DNA of 64,000 nucleotides, from the NCBI GenBank assembly GCA_028534125.1, contig CM052816.1:47246001-47310000 (forward strand), written 5' to 3'. Of this stretch, positions 1-14,767 are shown one piece after another. The notes beneath the pieces are model-generated. The model was given only the letters and a program-made list of their open reading frames with translations, was not told the origin of the DNA and searched no databases. Position 1 is the stretch's first letter, and each line of letters starts with the position of its first letter. The DNA is from Lama glama. Its lineage: Eukaryota. A program made the translations under genes and the position numbers.

Positions 1-2534
1 ATGGGATAAAACTCCAGTAGTCGTCTTTAAAATCAGGTCTTTTTTCCTTTATTTGCTTTCATGTTTTTCACACTTAACCTGGCTTCAGCTCTTATTAAAG
101 TGATTAATATCACTTGTTAATCATAAATATAATGAAGTTATGCTTTTAAAATTACATAATTTAAAACATAATTATGTATTAGACTCTCATGCTTTATTTT
201 CTCCTATAGAAATTAGGAAGTTTAAGCAAGGAAGTCTTAACTTTGTAGTTTATTAATAAAACTACTAAAAAATAAATCATAATGTAAATTTTAAACTACA
301 ATATGTTTATTACTTTGATTAATTAGAAAACTATTCGAAGAGCTTAGATTGTGCAAGATGATGCAGAGTAGTGCTTTGTAACTTTTTTCCTGCCTGCACA
401 CACAGCAGTCTCCTCTCAGAAGCATTCTTCATTACAAACAATATATTTTCACCCAGGTTAATGGGATGAGTTTGCAGTGATGGTGGGGCAGGTCCTGCCT
501 TTATCTCCTCTAGCTGGAGACTTGTGATCACTGTCAGGGTTCTGTCCTGGATACAGTCTTCCTAATTGTTTTCCCTGGAAAGTCTTTTTACTTTAAGCAA
601 CTATAGACAGCCAGTGTCTTTGATGTGAAAACATAAATGCAAAAACTCTAAAATGAATAATATTCTTATAGAAAAGAAGAAAAAAAGTAGGATATATGCA
701 GTGATTAAGTTGTAGAAAAGTCTTTAAAAATTCACATCACATCTTAAAATGACATGGCAACTAAAAATGTGCTTTGTTAAATCCCTCTTAAGCATTTTAA
801 TTGAAATTGACATCCAGTCAATTGACAACCCTCCTTAAGCTTAACATTACAAATTCATGCCAGCTTCTGCGGTGATGCAGTATACCCTTGTTGCTTAGAA
901 ATGATTTAGTAGCTCTTAGCCCAAATAGGAAGTGGATTTACAACTATGTTTAGGGAAAACTTGTACAATAATCCTAGGTGATTTTAGAAAGAATTTTGAA
1001 GAAATAACACATGGAAGTATCACAGAATTCTACATTACAAAGTAAGAAATAGAATGTAAATATCACTCTTTAAATTCTTACTATGATTTGCAGAGATTGT
1101 TGATTTTGCAGATACATGAAACTTGAGGATTTATTTCTCTTGTTATAAAAATAATTGAGCTTCCCCTTTCCCCTAGTGTTCAATATTATAGAACAACTGA
1201 CATCTGTTATTAGGTGGATTAATAACTCATTTACTTCAGTAGACTTTCAGATTTCTGTGTGTTATTATATAACCAGAGTATTGCAGAGGTAAAGTGAACA
1301 AGAAACCTTGTGTCAGGATGCTGAATATTTGGTGGGGGAAATAATTGTAAACCAATGACATTTGCTTGTTCATTAGTTTTATTTCTTATATTAAAGAAGT
1401 AAGTTGTTCAAATATTTGGCCATTATATATATAACCTGAGTAATGATGAATATAAGAAGACATTTAGAATAAAAGTAACAATCCTGGTGAAGTGTCTTTA
1501 GAAGTTGTATGATTAAGCTCTATAGTGTATGTATTTCTAGTCATATGTATCCTAAAGCCTGTATTCATTATAGCAAATATGAAATATTCAGAGGTTTTTC
1601 TAATCAAAAAGTTCAGAGGTTCTCATCTAGCTTTTCATGATCTAGCTTTGTCTTGTCTTAGAAGCACATTAGGTACTTTATAGAATGTAGCATTATATGT
1701 AATATCATTATAATAGTCTGTAAAGAAATATATTAAAATGTTGAAGTAAATTTCTAGTACAGCAGTCTTGAGATAGTACTTCCAACTTACATGTAGAGTG
1801 TATTCTGAAATACTTGGAAATGCAATCATCTTTTTTTAAAGAAGCAATGCTATAAATGTCATTTCCTCCTCAGATGAGCCTATGAGAATTCATTTGACCT
1901 CTAATTAGTATATAGGACCATATTTTTTTCAAAGAAAATAATGCTATTATTGCTGGTGAGTAATTAGGAAAATAATTTGAGCAAGTATTTACTTGAATCA
2001 TGGTATTTGGGGGAAAACAGAGAGATTTGTATAAAAGGGAGATTAGCTAGAGTGGAATTAACTGAGGTGAGAACAATAAAAGTCAGGAAAGGGGGTGATA
2101 CTCGGTGAAAAAATGAGCTACTTGACTAAAGGAGGTTAATAAAGATAACTTCCCATCACAGTTCTGAGGGCCTGGTTGACCCAAGAATAGGTAGTTAAAG
2201 ATGAGCTACCCCTCTATTTTTTTTTTTGACATTTGAAAGGGGAACTATCTTCTAAATTAGCCTGTAGTAAACAAAACCTTAGCCTTTACAAAACTCAGAA
2301 AATCCTTTAAGTTTATACCCTGAGTGGTAAATTTGTATTTTCATTATTACCACTGATAAAACAGAAGTTAGACTAAAACTTTTTCTATATTGATTGTTTT
2401 TTACTTTGAATATATTAACCCAGAGAAAGAGTTGTTTTTTATTTCATCCTTCAAAGAGCCTGTATACCATTAAAGCATAGAGTTAATACTGTCAAGTTAC
2501 CTAAACTACCATGTAAAACATTCTATGGCAAAAT

Positions 2535-2650
2535 TCAGTCACTGATTGTTTGAGTACCTACTATGTGCCAGGCACTCCTTTTGGTGCTCTAAAACAGCAG
2601 TGAACAAGAGAAGATTCCTTGCTATGGAGTTTTACACTCTCATAGGGATT
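2535..2650 (-). mobile_element. L2 LINE 3' fragment
   Basis: tttgagtacctactatgtgccaggcact...cagcagtgaacaag is the typical L2 3' end in reverse orientation. Confidence 0.7.
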
Positions 2651-3014
2651 TAGTTCGAATTGCATTTGAAAGATGCAGAAAAGTCATGTCTTTAATACCT
2701 TCAAGTTGGCTTACTTAGGGTAGGTGCCTGTAGCTAGAGCAGCTGGGAATCCAAATTTATAGCCAGTATCCTAGGTAGGATCCTAATAGTGAATGGGTAT
2801 TAACTTTATTAACGTATTTTCAGTAGGCAACAAAAGGCAGCTTCCTTTTAAAGAGCAAGGACCAGGGTCCTTATCCTTGCCCATCTGTTCCTAAATAAAG
2901 ATTCTTCTCGTGGTGAAAATGTTTGAATGAACTATTTACTTCTGTCAAGGCAGTTCTATTTTTCATGTGTTATTGCTAAAGTACATGTAACTTAGGTGTT
3001 GTATACAGTTTTAT

Positions 3015-3240
3015 AGAAGCAGTATAATAAGTTGTTAGGTGAATATCTGCTGGATCCAGACTGCTTAGATTTAAATCCCAACTGATCTAGCTGTGTGATC
3101 TTGGGCAAATTATTTAACCTATCTGTGCCACAGTTTTTTAAAATCTGGAAAAGTAGTGATAATAACTGGCTAATGTGAGGATGAGATAAGTTAATTGGTA
3201 ATGCTTAGCACTTTGCAAGTGCTGAAAGACAGCTGTTATT
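3015..3240 (+). mobile_element. MIR SINE
   Basis: MIR core: agctgtgtgatcttgggcaaattatttaacctatctgtgccacagttt. Confidence 0.75.
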
Positions 3241-4062
3241 ATTTTCCGTACTTGACATAGTTTATGTAAAATTTGCTTTTCTAGATTTTTTTGGCTAAGT
3301 ATCTTATTTTGTTTGGTGGGTTTATGCTTTCAAGGAGAGCAATTTGGTATAATGAAAGTCTAGGTTCTAGCTTTGGATCATCCACTTATTTGATCTTGAT
3401 TTGATTAATTAGGGAGGTTTCAGGTAAAATGATCTCTTTAAATTTTCATACAAAATTTAAATATTTTAAAGTAGGTGAGCATGTTGAACCTTTGTGTTTT
3501 TTGTTTGTTTGTTTGTTTTCTAGCACTCAACTGAAACATTTGAAGTGTTTTGTTTTATCATATTGTAAAAAGGTGATCCCAGGTACTTGGGTTTTGTACC
3601 CAGAGCTTACCAGTGGCTATTAGTAGTTCTCAAATTTTAAATTAGTGAATGGTTTACAGATGATTTCTGTGATGTGGGTGTAATGCTAAACATAAACTAC
3701 TTGACGAACATGCCCAATAAAAGGTAGTACTAAAATAACCTTTACTTTGGCTTTTCATGTCACTGAGAACAAATTTCATAAAATTATTGTAATAACCTCC
3801 TAGTAAGTTTGAGTTACGTAAACTAGAAATACTAATTACAACTTAATATGTTTATTGCACTTTTTATTAATTTAAAAATGCTATGCACTTCACTTAGATT
3901 TGCTTTGTTTTTATGTCCTGTTTTCTGGAAAACTATTCAGATTTTCATTAGTTTTTCACTTCCTTCCAAAGGGCACTTGTAGATAAACATGTTATAAAAT
4001 CAAAATGGATGTTGTAGTCAAATTTATTGAAATTCGGATCTTGTAAAGATGGTTGTGTTTAA

Positions 4063-4332
<270 letters not shown>

Positions 4333-4613
4333 TAACTTTTATTATTAAGATCTTTTTTAAGCTAAATTTTTTGTTACCTTTTTCCAAAAATAGTTTCCTC
4401 CCTTTTTTCCTTACAGTTAAATAAATTTCTCTAATGCTGAAGTTTACTCACATAAAGATGCAAATTTTAATGCAAATTTTATGCACACTCATGGAATATA
4501 CAAATATCAAAGGGATGTTTTCAAAGACTGTTTCTCCTAATAACTAAATTTTATTGCATTATGGCATACTAATTAGCACATGAAAGAGCTAAGCTAGTCA
4601 CTTCAAAATTTAA

Positions 4614-4757
<144 letters not shown>

Positions 4758-5207
4758 TAAGTTTTTTTTTAAATTAAGCATTCAAATTTAAATCTTTCCA
4801 TTTTTAGTAAAATAGCATTTACTATAAATAGTTCTTTGTTTTTAATCAGTGAAAAGAGTTTTTTTTAAAGTAGGACTATCACTTTTAGCAATGTCCTTAC
4901 TCATGATTTTTATATTTGTATACAGTTAGTATCTTACATAGAATTCTTACTTGAATCTCCTTATTTGACTTAATTCCTCTTTCACCAGAGATTAAACTAA
5001 ATTTTAATGATTCATATTATTTTCTGTGTTGAAAATATAGATTGGGTTGTTACAGATCTGGCTTAAGAGATGCCTGATTTACTTTATACTTCACCAGAAT
5101 CCATTATAGATGATTGAATAAGAGCAGTCTTTTTGTAAAAGTTTACTTTGTATTATTGTGGCTTATAAAGTATTTGACTAAAAGAAAGGAAATTTCTAGA
5201 AAGTTAA

Positions 5208-5390
<183 letters not shown>

Positions 5391-7739
5391 TAAGCGGAAA
5401 ATGTACATAAGCACATGCAGATAAATATATGTTTTCCATCTTAATGAAGGTATATTATTGTAATGAAATCATAAATTATTGTATTGAAAATTAATGAATA
5501 ACCATTTGATGTTACACTACTTCCTCTTTCTACTTTAAGCAAGTTTCTTTTATTTACTTCTAAATTTTAAGTCTGATGTAAAAAAATTACTAAATTTCTG
5601 AATTACTTAATTTCTGTTAAAATGAAAATATCAATATTTATGTTAGGTCTTTTGAACTGAGATCAGTGTTTTTGATAATGTAACCTACCACTAATATAAG
5701 CATCTGTGGAAATTTCTTTAAATCAGAATATTTTAGTTTAAAATATTTATTTAAATCTTATATAAATCATTTTATTTAAAAACTTTTGTGTTTATTTTAA
5801 ATTTTTTCTGAAAGTAAATCTGTATACATAAGAAATGTTTGTATTATTGATCTGTTTGTAAGATTCTTGTTAAAATAATATATATTTTATTTTGGGATTG
5901 TTCATACTATACAGTGTTAGATGTCATAGCTTAGTTGTAACCACCAAAATCTATTTTAGTTCTCAAATGGAGAAATCATATTTGAATCTCTGCATAGAGT
6001 TGTTCAGAGCCCATTTTTGTAGTTGTCACAGATTTTTTGTTGTTGTTGATGTAGGCACCTGGGCAGAGCGACAGATTTTTATCTTCTTCAGTTCATATCC
6101 AGATCCAAATTTCCATCTCCTCTTTTTGTTTTGCAGTAGAAGCCCAAGTCAAGAATATTTCATTTTGATACGTGTATTTATAGTCATTAAGTTTCTCTGA
6201 GTAATCATAGTTCCTAACATTCCTGCTCTTTAAAACCCTATATTTAATGATGATGATTCTCTAGTTTTTTTATGTTCTTATCTCTCTTACCAATGTCGTT
6301 TTCCTTTATTTTAATTTTGAAAGTCTGTTTTTTTCCTTACCTCTGTTTTTTCTACATATGCTTTGTGTGTGTGTTTACTTATTCTCACCTCCCAGTACAC
6401 ACTCCTTCATCCCTCTTTTTTCTGCTCCTTTTACTCAGCATGCTTTTGGCTACATCCCGCCTTTCTCCCACCATCCGTCTCTCTAATGGCCTCTTTTAAA
6501 ACAAAACCTGGTTCTCCCCCTCCTCTCTACACACACACTTCAGTCCACTAACCCCAGTGTTATGATTTAAATAAGCTGAAAGGGTGGGTGGAGGGGAGCT
6601 TCACCAGCTACTGAAACCGCTGTGGGTTGCTCCTTGATACTAGAGTGTTCCCTAGCAACACTGCATACCTAATACTGCTGCTTTCTTCCCCCGCACCCGA
6701 TGGTTTACCCAGGCTGTGGGATGAAAGAATCACTTTATAAAAACATTTAGAGCATTTGATGTGGTGGTTTGGGATTGGGAGTGAGGGCACATTTTAGTTT
6801 CCTCTTCTGTTAAAAAATGGCTTCTTTTTAAGATTTTTCCCTTTGGGGATTTGGAGTTTTGTTTTCAGTGTACTGCAACACCACCCCCCTCCCATTGTGT
6901 TGTAGCACTGTGCACTTGATACAGGGTGTGGGCATGCCAGTTCTGTTGTGAGAATAGTAAGACTGGCACAAAGAGCAACATTCTCCTCACCCCCATTACC
7001 AGGCACTAGTGATTGTTCCACTGTCAGAGCTTAGAACCAGAGTTCTACCTTCCCTGTAAAGTGTTCATGGTTTCCTGACCCGGCCCTGTTTCTTAAGCCA
7101 ATCACTATCCAGTTTGCATTGTAGTGATAGTTTAAAGTGTGTGTAGGGGGTGGGGGGCGGTAATTTAAACCCTCCAGTTTAGCTTACCAGCGTAGTTAAT
7201 AACAAAAGCAGTACATAGTAATAAAATAGTTTGAAGAATTTGTCTTTCTGAAATAACAACTCTTTACCAGTCATCTGCCTCTGTAGGGTACAAACTTGGG
7301 ACAATTAGCAGTGAAGTTACAACTCACACCTGAAACCTTTTGCTGTATTAGATATACTGCCTTGTAGGAGTAATCTAAATTTCCTTGGCTTGTATAGGAT
7401 AGGGAAATCAATTTCAGATATGTTCATAATACTCCAAGAAGAAATAAGAATATGTGGTTCATGTATGATTTTAACAGCATAATTAAAACTTTATACATGA
7501 TTATTACATGTTGAAAGTTTCCTCAGTTATAAGTTGTTGCAGTAAGTTACATCTGCCTGTATCTTCTAATTATGGACCTTGCTAATCACTCTTTTACTTG
7601 TAAATAATGAGAAGATACGTTGTTTCATCTGGACTGAAAATTATCAAAAGATGACTCCTATACCGTAAATCCATTGGATTCATTGACAGTGTAGAGTTAG
7701 AGAATCATTTAAGTACCAGTCTATTAAATCCAGGGATAT

Positions 7740-7900
7740 GGTAGGGGGTTGTTAAAGAACACTGGAATAGAAGTGAACAGATTGAGATTTTAGTGCTGGA
7801 TCTCCCTCTAGCCTGTGATATTGCCATGAGTAAGTGATTTAACTTTCCTCGATCTGAATATTCTCATCTGAGAAATTAAGGTAATGAGGTATTTTTGTAA
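7740..7900 (+). mobile_element. MIR/MIR3 SINE (degenerate)
   Basis: gagtaagtgatttaactttcctcgatctgaatattctcatctgagaaa resembles the MIR core. Confidence 0.55.
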
Positions 7901-8034
7901 GGGCTCAAATCACTGTTAAGTGGTTATGATAAATATATTAAAAAAAAATGGTGACAATAGTACCTTAACATAGAATACTGAAAGTAAGTTCCTACCTTCA
8001 TTTTTTAAGTCCTAAGTTTCTGTTAGTTTATTAG

Positions 8035-8196
<162 letters not shown>

Positions 8197-8814
8197 TAAG
8201 TATGGGTATTTGGGGGCTCATTTTTATTTCATTATATAATTAAAACGTTTTTTAAAAATTTTACTTACTATTTTTAATTTTTTTAATGATAATATTAGGA
8301 CACTGTATCTTTTTAAAACATTAATAAAAATGATGGAAAATGTATTATAAAGTTGAAACTATAGATCATCATTTAATCTTACTGTGGTCTTCATTAATGA
8401 CTGTGAATGATTATTACTTTGCACTAATATTATCTTGTATGCTTGTAAGTTTTTCTGCTTTTTCACTTAATGTCCAGTTGTTATCTGATATTTTTCTTTT
8501 TTCATTGTGCTGGTTTTTGAGACACTGTGCATTTCTGTTATTTTTTTCCTTAATTCTGAAAATTATGGAAGAAAAAAATGAGCAGTATAAATGGAAATTC
8601 ATATATTAACCCCTTAAGACTTGTTAACATCTTCCATATTTACTTCACCCTTTTTTTGGTTTTGTCTTTGATAAAGTAGTTTTTCAAGTAAGTTAAAGGC
8701 ATAGCATTTTTACCCTAAGAACTTTAGTATGCATCTCTAAAAAATAGAAACAATTTATTAAAAAGTAGTAATAACTGTACTGATATATTAACTTGTTAGT
8801 CTTATGGAACTATA

Positions 8815-9035
8815 TTAGAGTAATAGAAGGATTTAGACAGAGTTGGTTCAGACCCCAGTTCTGATCCTCACTGAAACTGTCACTTCAGGGAGATTATTTA
8901 ACATCACTGAATCTCTTTTTCCCCATCTGGAAAATGAAGATAATAGTATCTACTGCACAAAGTTATTATTAGAATTAAATGAAAGAACACATGTAATGCA
9001 GACAGCTGGAAGTCAGTGCTTAATAAATGTTCCTT
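8815..9035 (+). mobile_element. MIR SINE
   Basis: ggttcagaccccagttctg...atttaacatcactgaatctctttttccccatctggaaaatgaagataatagta, with tail gtgcttaataaatgtt. Confidence 0.75.
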
Positions 9036-9499
9036 TCACTGCTTTGCCTCATCAAAATTAAAATAGAAAACCTTGACTAGTCATTGATTTCACAATATGC
9101 TTTTTGTACTATGCATTTCTTTTAGATCCTTGTGTAAATTTGTCTTGAAGTAAGTATATATTCAGTGATGACCATAGCTTTTTTTTTTTAAGACTTAATC
9201 TTATTGAACTAGGGAAGTATACATTGGAGTTGTAACATTTTTTTTCCCCATGCAAGTAAGCCCTAATGGTAATTTTAATTTGACAGATTGACTGAGTATT
9301 TAAAAGTAATCCTAAGGATCCTGGAGTTCTAGACTAAATCTCAGAGAAACTTTCTGCCTCATATCTTTAATGCTGAAAGCATTCCTAGTCCTTCCTTGAA
9401 GTTTGATCAGAGAAGTTGGATTTTATACTCCTGTAATTATGTTTTCTGATTTTATATTTGCCTTAGTTTAATGGAGAAAACAAGGAAACGAGGATTTAT

Positions 9500-9670
9500 G
9501 ATGCATCTGTCATACACAGTTACTATGCTAGGTATTAATACTTTACATAGTTCATCTCATTCATTCTTAAAGTAATTATTTATGATTTCTGTCTTTATCC
9601 CATTTTATAAATGAAAGAATAGATTCAGAAGATGAATAGTCTGGCTAAGGTTATTCAGCCAGATCTGGTA
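9500..9670 (-). mobile_element. MIR SINE
   Basis: tatcccattttataaatgaaagaatagattcagaag...ctaaggttattcagc is the reverse-orientation MIR core. Confidence 0.6.
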
Positions 9671-11852
9671 TATGTAAAGCATTTAATAGTTATACCAACA
9701 TTTGTTTCCCTCTTACAGCCTACTAAACTATGTGCAGGTTAGTAGTGAATACCATGCTTAAAGGAAGTGGAAATAAGGAATTTTCCTCTTGGTTTATTAA
9801 ACTATAGGAAAAATTTGTACATGAAGACATAGGATCCTCTTCCTATAGGTTTGTTTCCCTTTCCCCATTCCCTTTCCTGACCTTCATAAACAGTTCAAAC
9901 AAAATTAGTCTTATCTCTGCTCCATTTTATTCTTTTTCATTTGTCAGATCATTAAGTGACTAGACAGGTGATTTTTAATTTTTGTTTAAAATCCAAAGTT
10001 CATGTGGTAGATTGAGAAAGAATGGCTGCCCCATCAATCAAAGAGAATGAGATGAAGAAGGCAGCAAGTGACAGGTTCTGTCACATGAATTAAATGGTTT
10101 ATCAAAAGGTCTTTATTTGTATTGAGAAGCAAAAGTGGTTATAATGCAGTTTCAGCCTGGTAATGTATTTAAACTCATCCATCCATGTGTTCTGCTTGGG
10201 CATCAAAAAACTAAAATGTGGGCAGATACCATGTGCTTGTAACTTTGTAAGAAGAAAACCAAAAGAGAACATACACAGCGAAACCTCAAATGCCTTCAGG
10301 AATTTGGAAAAATTTCTTCTGCCTCTCCTTTACCTATATATTTTATCCCATCTCAGACTCTTTCCTGCCATACCCTATCATATCAGCTCACTAAACCCTT
10401 ACGAAGTTAATTAAATAATTTGAATTCCAAGGCACTATTTAATTAGGACTATTATGTAAGTCCTGAACTCCTCATAAACTGAGCAAATTTTTTTTGATTC
10501 ACTGCCTTATTCCATTCCTTTCATTTCTATTACCCATCCTCCTCAAAGTACGTGTAATTGCCATCTTCAGGACACTACCAGTCAAGCCTCCTTGTTGCAG
10601 CACTCAAGAGAGCACAGTATTGTCTGTCAGCCCCGAGAAGGGTGCAAGGCTGTGGATGATCTTACATCTTGCGTACTGTCAGTCTCGCATGTCTGATGCC
10701 TTAATGTCATTGTTCATTATTGTGTAAATATGTTGATAAAAAGTTACTCTTTTATGCTTCCTAACCAACAGTGTTTTTCTATTGGAATGTTATGTCCACG
10801 TTCACTCATGACCTTGTAAAAAGGAAACCAAAAGAGAATGTAATAAAGCCTTTGTTTCATCCTATTTCTGACCTCTATTTCATAAATATTTCAAACAAAA
10901 TTGTACATTTTAACATCTTCTCTGCCTTTTCTGTTTCCTGTACTGTTCTTCAACTTTATTTCCCCAGGCAACTTCTCCTATGTTGTAGTTGTAGATCCTT
11001 TCCTAGGTGCTTACGCTGAACAGAAGGAAGGGAAGATAATGGAACCTATTTTGAGGAGATTGTAGGTTTTTTTTTTTTTAATTTCTTCCTACACTTGTTC
11101 TTCTTTATAGCCATCCATTCTACCCTTATGGTCTTAAGAATTTTAGGGAGACCCTTGTAAGTTCCAGATCCTGTCTGGCAGATCACTCTGCAAATTTCAA
11201 CAGTCACATATTAAGTGCCTGATACATGCTAGAGATTGAGTTGGGCATGGTCTAGACAGTATTTTCGAATACAATGTTATTATCCTTTATCAAAGCAGAA
11301 ACTATGGTCTTTCAAAAATATTAAACCCCAAAAGGACATAAGAAATTACCTCTTCTTTCTAAAGTGCTTTAAGGAACATCTGATTTTGTCATAATTTTTC
11401 AGAATTCTTGATTTTCCCCTCATCCCAATCAGAAACTCAGCAGAGTGAAAGATTCTACTCAGATATTTAGATGATCAGACAAAGCTGTAGCCAGAAATAG
11501 ATGGGGTTTTGACTTTATAGTTCCACAATCTCCTGTGATTTCCTTCATTCTTTCTCCTAGTCTCCAGTTTAAGAGCATCTTTTCATTTTACAGCCATTTT
11601 TACCCCCTCTATGGAGGAGAGTAGAGAAAAGAATCCCAAGAATTGCTCTGTTTTTTCCTTCTAGTGCTACTTTATTTTCGTGATGCATTTATCTATCTGA
11701 TTCTTTTATGCAAGTGAAAGTATCATATAAGTATGTCTGCAATAGGGTGAGATACTTTTGTTTTATATCTCCAACTGTAGCCAAGTGTAGATTTCCTTAT
11801 ATGATGAACGTTAACACATACAACTAGCTTGCTAGCATATTTTGGTCTTTGA

Positions 11853-12071
<219 letters not shown>

Positions 12072-13100
12072 TAGTCAAAATGAAAAAATAGCAAATACTA
12101 AATTGTAAGAATAAAAGCACTTGGTTTCCTTCAGTAGTAATTTCATCCCATAGTATTCTTTTTACAAATAAATGGGATAATCTTAAAATGGTTGATACCA
12201 GAGACCTTGATCTTACTTTGGTGCTAAGTGAAGAAAGGGTCTCAGTTCCCCTTCTTGCCTTAAGTATTTTAGTATGATTCAGTTTGGGTAGCAAAGCTCG
12301 GATATATCTCCTGTTGCTAAGTGGGGCCCCCACCAATTGATTTGAAAGACATCATAATTTATTGTATAGCCTTTATGACCTAAAAAGTAGGAAATACTAA
12401 TTTTAGTGACTAAATTTATTTCTTTTAACATTATTCCAAGTACTGGAACATGAAATATAAATATTTAACTTAATGGGGGTTCCAGAGAAGGAAAGTGCTA
12501 GGAATTCATACACCATTATAATGGACTAGACCTATAACTTGATCATATCTTTTTTTTAAGAAATGTGGTGTTCAGTCCTCTGTTTTTTACTCTTGAAATT
12601 TCATAGTTGGAAGCATCTATCAAGATTCAAACAACTTTTTATGTTTTACCTTTTATGTATTGTAATACTCTGTAATTCTACCTCAGTTGAATGTAAATGG
12701 AGATACAGTGTTTTTGTTTATGAGGGGTTTATGCTCTCATGACTCTGCCCATTACTGTTACTTAGTTTGATGTTTTAGGTGTCTGTCTTTAGAGATTTTA
12801 GCATTTTGTTTTATATTTGAAATGGTAAGTAAATATATACCACTTGAATTTTAGTGGTTATTTTTTCCAACTTGTATTTATCACTTGACTGTTTTTAAGT
12901 GATTTATTTTAATATTGTCATATTTTAAAAAAACTGAACCTTTCTGAAGTCAGTTTGGGGGCACTTATATTGAAGTACAAGCTTAATTACTGTTTAGCTT
13001 CCTTCCCATGAAAGGATTACTTATTTCTTAAGCAATTCAGTTTGACAATTGTTTGAAAGTTTTATGCATTCATAACATGTCAGCTGTATTAGAAACTTAA

Positions 13101-13457
<357 letters not shown>

Positions 13458-14461
13458 TAGAAGTTGAGTCATCATCTTGATTTTGAAAATTCAGACCTGT
13501 ACAGTTCTATAACATTATGCTTCATTTAGAAGAACTGTTTGCTAAAGGTTAATTCTGAATAACTTGAGTGAGCACTGTTGATCTTAGTTAATTTATGATA
13601 TGAGAATGATTTAAGATTTTGTTAGTGTGTGACATTTAAATTATTACAAGATACTTATAAACATATGAATTACAGAATACTTGGTGACTTCTACCTTAGA
13701 TAACTTATGTTGATAAAGATTTCTCAGAGGAAGAACAAAGTTCTCCCATAAGTCTGTTCACTAAGCTCTCAAGCCCCTATGATGGTGTTACTCAAGAACT
13801 GTCCATTGCTTTATTGATCATTTCCCTTTGCTTAGATCAATCTGTCAGTGTGGGTTTTAGAAATCCAAAGAAACTGAAAACATAATTTGAGTGGGCTTGG
13901 AAGAAACCATAGAGCTGGTAATAGATGTAAATGTCTTTCAGGAATCTATGGAACATAAAGGAGTAGCTTAATTGTAAATTATGTGACTCATATCCTATCC
14001 AATATAGGAAAGTATATGATGAAAGAAAAACATTTCTGGAAGCTATTAATAGTCTCTCACATTGAAATCATAGTTTCTGAGAAAGAAATTTATTCTGATA
14101 GTCTAGAGGTAGAAAAGATTCTAGGAAGTTATTGAATCTGTCTCTGTCATTCCAGTAGAGGTAGTTGATTCATGGCTTATACAAGGAAAAAAATTTTTTT
14201 TATATATTTTTACCAGATTTCAGTCCAGTTAATTAAAAGTAAATTAGATTTGTAGTTTTTATGTGTACTTTTACTGATAAAGTTAAATAGTAGTTCAGTC
14301 AAGTTAAGTGAATTTTTCCTAGGTAGATAGAAAGATTATTATTTTATATTATTTTTAATGTAAAATAATTTGTTGTGCCACTAAACTTCTTACTCTTAAT
14401 TTCAAATATAAGTTAAAGGATTTTTTTTTTAATAAGAAGCTTTGGAATTAGTTACTCATAA

Positions 14462-14767
<306 letters not shown>

